DNA of 11,052 nt, taken from the IMG/VR virus record IMGVR_UViG_2667528155_000009, one strand, 5' to 3'. The DNA comes from a virus. Its lineage: Duplodnaviria > Heunggongvirae > Uroviricota > Caudoviricetes. Below are positions 6,661 to 11,052 of this stretch, in pieces. A program made the position numbers and the translations under genes. Position 1 is the first letter of the stretch; every line of letters starts with the position of its first letter. Under the pieces are notes generated by a model. That model was not told the origin of the DNA. It saw only the letters and a program-made list of their open reading frames with translations, and did not search any database.

Positions 6661-6709
6661 ACACAGGTATAAATCCGGCATACGAAATTCGTATCACATG
6701 CAGGATATG
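6661..6709. repeat. Conserved intergenic element, copy A; contains the perfect 15-bp palindrome ATACGAAATTCGTAT (6680-6694)
   Basis: Same ordered blocks as copy B at 1561-1607. The palindrome is formed only in copy A. Confidence 0.6.
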
Positions 6710-6728
6710 TATTTAAACACGAGCACAT

Positions 6729-6803
6729 AACCGAAAACGCACTACGCAGAACCTTCCTTGTCGGGTCTGTCGTTAAATTTACTGCGATAGTGCGTTTCCG
6801 GTT
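6729..6803. repeat. Long imperfect inverted repeat (about 21-bp arms, about 32-nt spacer)
   Basis: AACCGAAAACGCACTACGCAG (6729-6749) against the reverse complement of CTGCGATAGTGCGTTTCCGGTT (6782-6803); one mismatch and one bulge. Confidence 0.55.
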
Positions 6804-6824
6804 ATGAGTGAAAATCATAACAGT

Positions 6825-6887
6825 GCTGTGTGTAGTCTTTGACGGTATCCGTTAACAAAGTTTTCCTGGCTGATACCGTCCTTTTTC
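6825..6887 (+). ncRNA. Candidate DicF-family sRNA with intrinsic terminator
   Basis: TTTGACGGTATCCGTT is close to the DicF core TTTGGCGGTATCAGTT as I recall it (14/16). Stem GACGGTATC (6841-6849) / GATACCGTC (6872-6880) is followed by CTTTTTC. Lies in the PL-like operon downstream of a DicA-like repressor, the position where dicF sits in Qin. Confidence 0.4.
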
Positions 6888-7071
6888 AGAATGAATTTTA
6901 TAGTGTGGTGAATGCGGCTCAGCGCACGTGACACAGTTAAAAACATGTCAGTCCTTCATCTGTTGATGGGTGGGAATGTTCGTCGGCAGTAATGGTTAGC
7001 TGTTTACTGTCACCGGGAGGCACCCGGCACCACACTCCAAAATTCATTGTGTTACCAGAATGGAGACAACT

Positions 7072-7362
7072 ATGCCAGTTACACCTGAAATAAAACAAAA
7101 CTCAGACTGGATGCGGCGCAACAAATCTGAACAAACCGCCCCTGCCTGTAAGCCTGGTATTATTCAGAAAATATTAAGTACGCTGAACCAGAAAGGTGAC
7201 CCCACCCTTATTCCTTGCGCTTATTGTGGCAAAGCCATCAACAAAAGTGAAATCGTGGAGCATGAACTTATTTATATAAACGGAAGTCAGCTCGCAAGAA
7301 AAACGAATCTATATTGCAGTAAACGATGTGCCGAATATGACCAGATGGCACATGAATCTTAA
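7072..7362 (+). CDS. Zinc-ribbon-like hypothetical protein (96 aa; CAYCGK ... CSKRC)
   Basis: GGAG 5 nt upstream of the second ATG at 7072; the ORF-track start at 7060 lacks an RBS. Confidence 0.55.
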   Translation: MPVTPEIKQNSDWMRRNKSEQTAPACKPGIIQKILSTLNQKGDPTLIPCAYCGKAINKSEIVEHELIYINGSQLARKTNLYCSKRCAEYDQMAHES

Positions 7363-7400
7363 TAGCTGAAAGTTTAACACTGCATTAACCCTGAAACTAT

Positions 7401-7415
7401 GCCTGCAATGGCAGG
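7401..7415 (+). other. Intercistronic hairpin GCCTGC-aatg-GCAGG
   Basis: Same stem core as the hairpins at 6030-6056 and 7768-7785; lies between the 96-aa and 110-aa genes. Confidence 0.4.
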
Positions 7416-7445
7416 ATATCACTCACCCTGAAAAGAGAATATAAA

Positions 7446-7778
7446 ATGAGAAAGACACCGAGCGAATCAGTAATTAATGAACTCAACAAACGAGCAAAGG
7501 AAATTCTTGAACTGTGTGAGAAAAACGATATTCCGGTTGTTTTTTGTTACTCATTCGAATTAAGCCGGAATGAAAATGGATATTTAAACAACAAATCCAT
7601 TACAGCTTATATCAATAAAGAGAAAGGAGCATGGGATTCAACAATAGCCGCAGCCAGCATGATCCTGCGGATGAAAGAGGTTCCTGAGATAGCTATCCAT
7701 GCAATGGCTGAAATGGCTGCGATTTGTGACATCACACGGACTGCATCCGGTACTTCAGATGAAAAAAGCCTGCACTAA
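7446..7778 (+). CDS. Hypothetical protein (110 aa)
   Basis: ATG with an A/G-rich upstream region (AAGAGA); protein-like composition; in the PL-like operon. Confidence 0.5.
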   Translation: MRKTPSESVINELNKRAKEILELCEKNDIPVVFCYSFELSRNENGYLNNKSITAYINKEKGAWDSTIAAASMILRMKEVPEIAIHAMAEMAAICDITRTASGTSDEKSLH

Positions 7779-7790
7779 GGCAGGCATTTT
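7768..7790 (+). terminator. Candidate intrinsic terminator overlapping the 110-aa gene stop, upstream of the RecE-like gene
   Basis: Stem GCCTGC (7768-7773) / GCAGGC (7780-7785) with loop ACTAAG, then ATTTT; a second T-run follows at 7796-7800. Confidence 0.4.
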
Positions 7791-7841
7791 CCCGGTTTTT
7801 ACATCCCGGCGATGCTGAGGTGGGCGACCAAACCCACCGAC

Positions 7842-7859
7842 AGAGACATGACCAATGAG
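7842..7859 (+). repeat. Boundary motif copy 3 (AGAGACATGACCAATGAG), 56 nt upstream of the RecE-like start
   Basis: One mismatch to the minus-strand copies at 4125-4141 and 4714-4730; shares the upstream ACCAAAC with copy 2. Confidence 0.7.
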
Positions 7860-7914
7860 CACCAGAGGTGATCACCGATCGCCTCATTCTAAACAGAAGT
7901 GAGGTTAAAAAACA

Positions 7915-10900
7915 ATGAGTGATAAGAAAGAAGATTTCGCGCTGTACTGCCCTGTTAAAAATGAAGAGGCCAGGAAACGACTTGGAATAAAAGCAGGCTT
8001 TTTCTGGGCAACTGCAAAAAAATTATCTGTGGCTGTTTCCCGCTGTATTGCTGCTATGGACGATAAGGGGTATGACGAGGATGACTTTAAAAAACCTGTT
8101 CGCGTCAATTACCCCGTCGTTAACGACCTGCCTCCTGAAGGCGTGTTTGATACTGAATTCTGCAACCGTTACGAAAAAGGCGGTCAGGGTGGTATCACAA
8201 TGGTACTTATCCCCGGCGCTGTTCCCGCCGATCCAATGCACGGCGAAGTCGGCAGGGATATTACTGGCAGCGGCAACGCAGACGCAGACGCAGACGCAGG
8301 CACAGACGCAGATAATGCTACGGACAATACCGAAAGTACGCTCCTCCCCGCTTACGCTTATAACGTCAACGGCGAACTGATGTCGGAAGTGGAAAAGGAA
8401 ATGTCGCAGCCTGTTTCAGGACTAAGTCTGCCACTTCGTTTCCTGGCGCAATTTAATAACGACTGTCCACAACATCAGGTCACACCAGAGCGTTTACGGG
8501 AGTTAAACCTTACAGAGCAGGATCCCGACAGTCGTACCGGAACTATTTTACTCGCCATCCAGAACAGAAAGGAACAGCTCGAAAAACTGGACACAAAAAA
8601 CCTGCATCCTTTGGCGACGTACATTGAAAAAGTATTTCCCTGCGGAAAACGACCACAACTCAATGATGTCATTAATTTTATCGATGCCGTACTTAATACA
8701 GACTATGTCGATCGCGGACTGCTCGTTAAGGAATGGTGCGAAGGTCGTCGAGCCGCGTGCGTAGAGCATGTAACAGCACCAGAAACCAGGCGTGATAATA
8801 CTGTGTCAGCGCAGACGGAAACGAAGACTACTGTCACTGAACGTCCGCGTCGTAGCGAAAAAACAACGCACCGGACGATTAATTATGAAATTGGCTGTGG
8901 CTTATATGACGGCGAGCTGGATCTTCATAACCTGAGGGAACCGCTGGATTTTGCGAAACGCATTATGGCGAAAGACCGGGAAGACTGGAAAGTATGGTCA
9001 GACACAATCAACTGCATCCCTGGCATCCTGAATTATGACCGCCAGACCATTATCGAGATGGTACGAAAAGCCCCCACCCCGACTTATCACAGTGCTGCAC
9101 TGCGCCGCGAGTGGTGTGATTCTTATCTGCGAGCCTGGGGACGGCTCGATCCCGACTGGAGCCAGAGCGCCGCTGTCAAAACAGCAGAGTCACATGAAGA
9201 TGTCTGTGCTGATATCAGGAAGGCCGGAAAGCGCCTGCGTGAAATTGAATCAGGAGTTGGGATCAATGAAGAAAAACAGACGACACAGGGAGAACTGGCA
9301 GATGAACCGTCAGCGCCTGAATCAGTGGAACCGGCTTCAGCTGAACATCAGCAGAATACGCAGCCGCTGGATGCTGAGGCATCTGTAAACACCACTAAAA
9401 CGGAATTCGATGTATTTGCTCTAATGCAGAACTCATCTGTTTATGGCAGCAAAAACACACAGGAGACGACCAGCAATGTGCAGGTTCAGGACGCTGAAAA
9501 GGATGAAAAACAGGCTGGTACTGAAGTTCAGTCAGGCGAAAGCAGTCTGGGAACTGGTGAAGAGTCAGATACCAGACAGCAAGCCGATGTAAACCAGAAT
9601 ACGGATTCTGTCGCCCAAAATAGCGATTCTGTAAACCAAACTGAACCAGTTTTGGCACAAACCGAGCCAGAAGTGCAATCTGACGAACCGGCTGTTGTTT
9701 ACCCCGCTTACTTCGAACCAGGCCGCTATGAGGGTCTGCCGAACGAGGTTTATCACGCAGCCAACGGTATCAGCTCGACAATGGTAAAAGATGCGCGGGT
9801 GAGCCTGATGTACTTCAATGCGCGCCACGTAGAGAAAACCATTATCAAAGAACGCTCTCCTGTACTGGATATCGGTAACCTGGTGCATGCACTGGCGTTG
9901 CAGCCAGATCAACTCGATGAAGAATTCAGCATTGAACCCGTAATTCCGGAAGGTGCATTTACCACCACGGCAACGATCCGCGCGTTTATTGATGAGCACA
10001 ACGCCAGCCTGACAGCGATGCTGTCAGCCGACGACATCAAAGCACTGTTAGAAGAGTACAACGCCACCCTTCCTGCTCAGGTTCAGTTAGGTGGTTCCGT
10101 GGAGGAAACTGGCCAGAGCTATATGTCGCTGCCAGAAGAGTTCCAGCGTCTCGAAGCGGACAAGAAGCAGACCGCAGCGGCAATGAAAGCCTGCATCAAG
10201 GAATACAACACCACACTGCCTGCACAAGTGAAAATCAGCGGTAGCCGTGATGCGTTACTCGAGCAGTTAGCAATCATCAATCCTGACCTGGTGGCGCAGG
10301 AAGCGCAGAAGCCCGCGCAGTTGAAAGTGTCCGGCACCAAAGCGGATCTGATTCAGGCCGTGAAGTCTGTTAATCCTGATGCCATCTTCGCCGACGAACT
10401 GCTGGATGCGTGGCGCGAAAATACGCAAGGGAAAGTGCTGGTCACCCGCCAGCAACTGAGCACTGCACTGAGCATTCAGAAAGCCCTGCTCGAGCACCCT
10501 ACAGCGGGCAAGCTACTGACACACCCGAGCCGCGCCGTTGAGGTGAGCTACTTCGGTTTTGACGACGAAACCGGTCTGGAAGTCCGCGTTCGTCCCGACC
10601 TTGAGATCGATCTTGACGGGGTGCGCATCGGCGCCGACCTGAAAACCATCAGCATGTGGAACATTAAACAGGAAGGTCTGCGCGCCAAACTGCACCGCGA
10701 AATCATCGACCGTGACTACCACCTGAGTGCTGCCATGTATTGCGAGACCGCAGCGCTTGACCAGTTCTTCTGGATTTTCGTCAACAAAGACGAGAACTAC
10801 CACTGGATCGCCATCATCGAGGCATCCGCCGAACTTCTGGAACTGGGCATGCTGGAGTACCGCAAGGCAATGCGCGCCATCGCTACCGGCTTTGACACTG

Positions 10901-10977
10901 GCGAGTGGCCAGCGCCGATCACCTCCGGTAACTCCGATGAAATAGCCGACTACACCGACGAACTGAACGATTTCGAC
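7915..10977 (+). CDS. recE: RecE-like exodeoxyribonuclease VIII, 1021 codons with no stop; 3' end replaced by the chimeric junction
   Basis: C-terminal PD-(D/E)XK-like block RVRPDLEIDLDGVRIGADLKTIS; position at the distal end of the PL-like operon of a Rac-like immunity region; GAGG 10 nt upstream of the ATG. The reading frame runs into N's and 16S sequence after codon 1021 (DFD). Family call is from recall, not a search. Confidence 0.7.
8275..8310 (+). repeat. In-frame tandem hexanucleotide repeat (GACGCA-like, 6 units) encoding a D/A-rich low-complexity tract
   Basis: AACGCA GACGCA GACGCA GACGCA GGCACA GACGCA, translating to NADADADAGTDA. Confidence 0.7.
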
Positions 10978-11052
10978 NCNTGCCATCNGANGNGCCCAGA
11001 TGGGATTAGCTAGTAGGTGGGGTAACGGCTCACCTAGGCGACGATCCCTAGC
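10978..11052 (+). rRNA. 16S rRNA gene fragment (about 75 nt, enterobacterial, corresponding to roughly positions 220-290 of E. coli 16S); not native to this locus
   Basis: TGCCATCNGANGNGCCCAGATGGGATTAGCTAGTAGGTGGGGTAACGGCTCACCTAGGCGACGATCCCTAGC matches the conserved 16S region as I recall it. Abrupt junction with N's at 10978, 10980, 10988, 10991 and 10993, inside what would otherwise be the RecE-like coding frame. Confidence 0.8.

Noticed and set aside
6539-6818. ORFs 6539-6730 (plus) and 6585-6818 (minus)
   Set aside because: They span the palindrome- and hairpin-rich intergenic region and element A, and have no RBS; structured non-coding DNA often yields such open frames.
7829-7891. 20-codon plus-strand mini-ORF (MLRWATKPTDRDMTNEHQR) ending in boundary motif copy 3
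   Set aside because: No RBS and too short to support; its frame is most likely a by-product of the conserved boundary sequence.
10513-10986. 157-aa minus-strand ORF, plus other antisense ORFs inside the RecE-like gene (8023-8241, 8048-8380, 8475-8672, 8548-8769, 9035-9388, 9395-9658, 9565-9999, 10119-10340, 10267-10497, 10727-10945)
   Set aside because: All lie wholly within the long, well-supported RecE-like frame, have no RBS, have biased odd compositions, and one contains X from the N junction. They are typical shadow ORFs.
10978-11013. Extension of the RecE-like ORF to 11013 as given in the ORF track (1032 aa)
   Set aside because: The last codons are translated from N's and 16S rRNA sequence; the true C-terminus is not in the window.
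1-11052. CRISPR arrays, tRNA genes, IS elements, integrase or attachment sites
   Set aside because: No spaced direct repeats, cloverleaf-like segments, terminal inverted repeats with transposase, or integrase-like ORF were found on either strand.

Overview
Bases ~87-10977 read as one contiguous early/immunity region of a lambdoid (Rac/Qin-like) enterobacterial prophage. On the minus strand is a rightward-type early operon: a Cro/YdaS-like HTH protein, a YdaT-like protein, small hypothetical genes, a DUF1376/YdaU-like replication protein, a DnaC-like helicase loader, a tandem winged-helix protein and a small ORF, ending at a hairpin terminator, followed by an AT-rich polytopic membrane-protein gene that looks like acquired cargo. 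On the plus strand a DicA/RacR-like repressor is followed by a PL-like operon carrying small zinc-ribbon and hypothetical genes, a candidate DicF-family sRNA, and a long RecE-like exonuclease VIII gene. Both window ends look chimeric: bases 1-57 are a GC-rich fragment followed by scattered N's (58-86), and the last ~75 nt are a 16S rRNA fragment fused in frame to the RecE-like ORF. No CRISPR array, tRNA or IS element was seen. All family assignments are from motif recall by eye; no database search was possible. The most notable signals are several recurring short elements at gene boundaries, a ribosome-binding site sequestered by a long-range stem in front of a small gene embedded antisense in the early operon, and the AT-rich membrane cargo gene.
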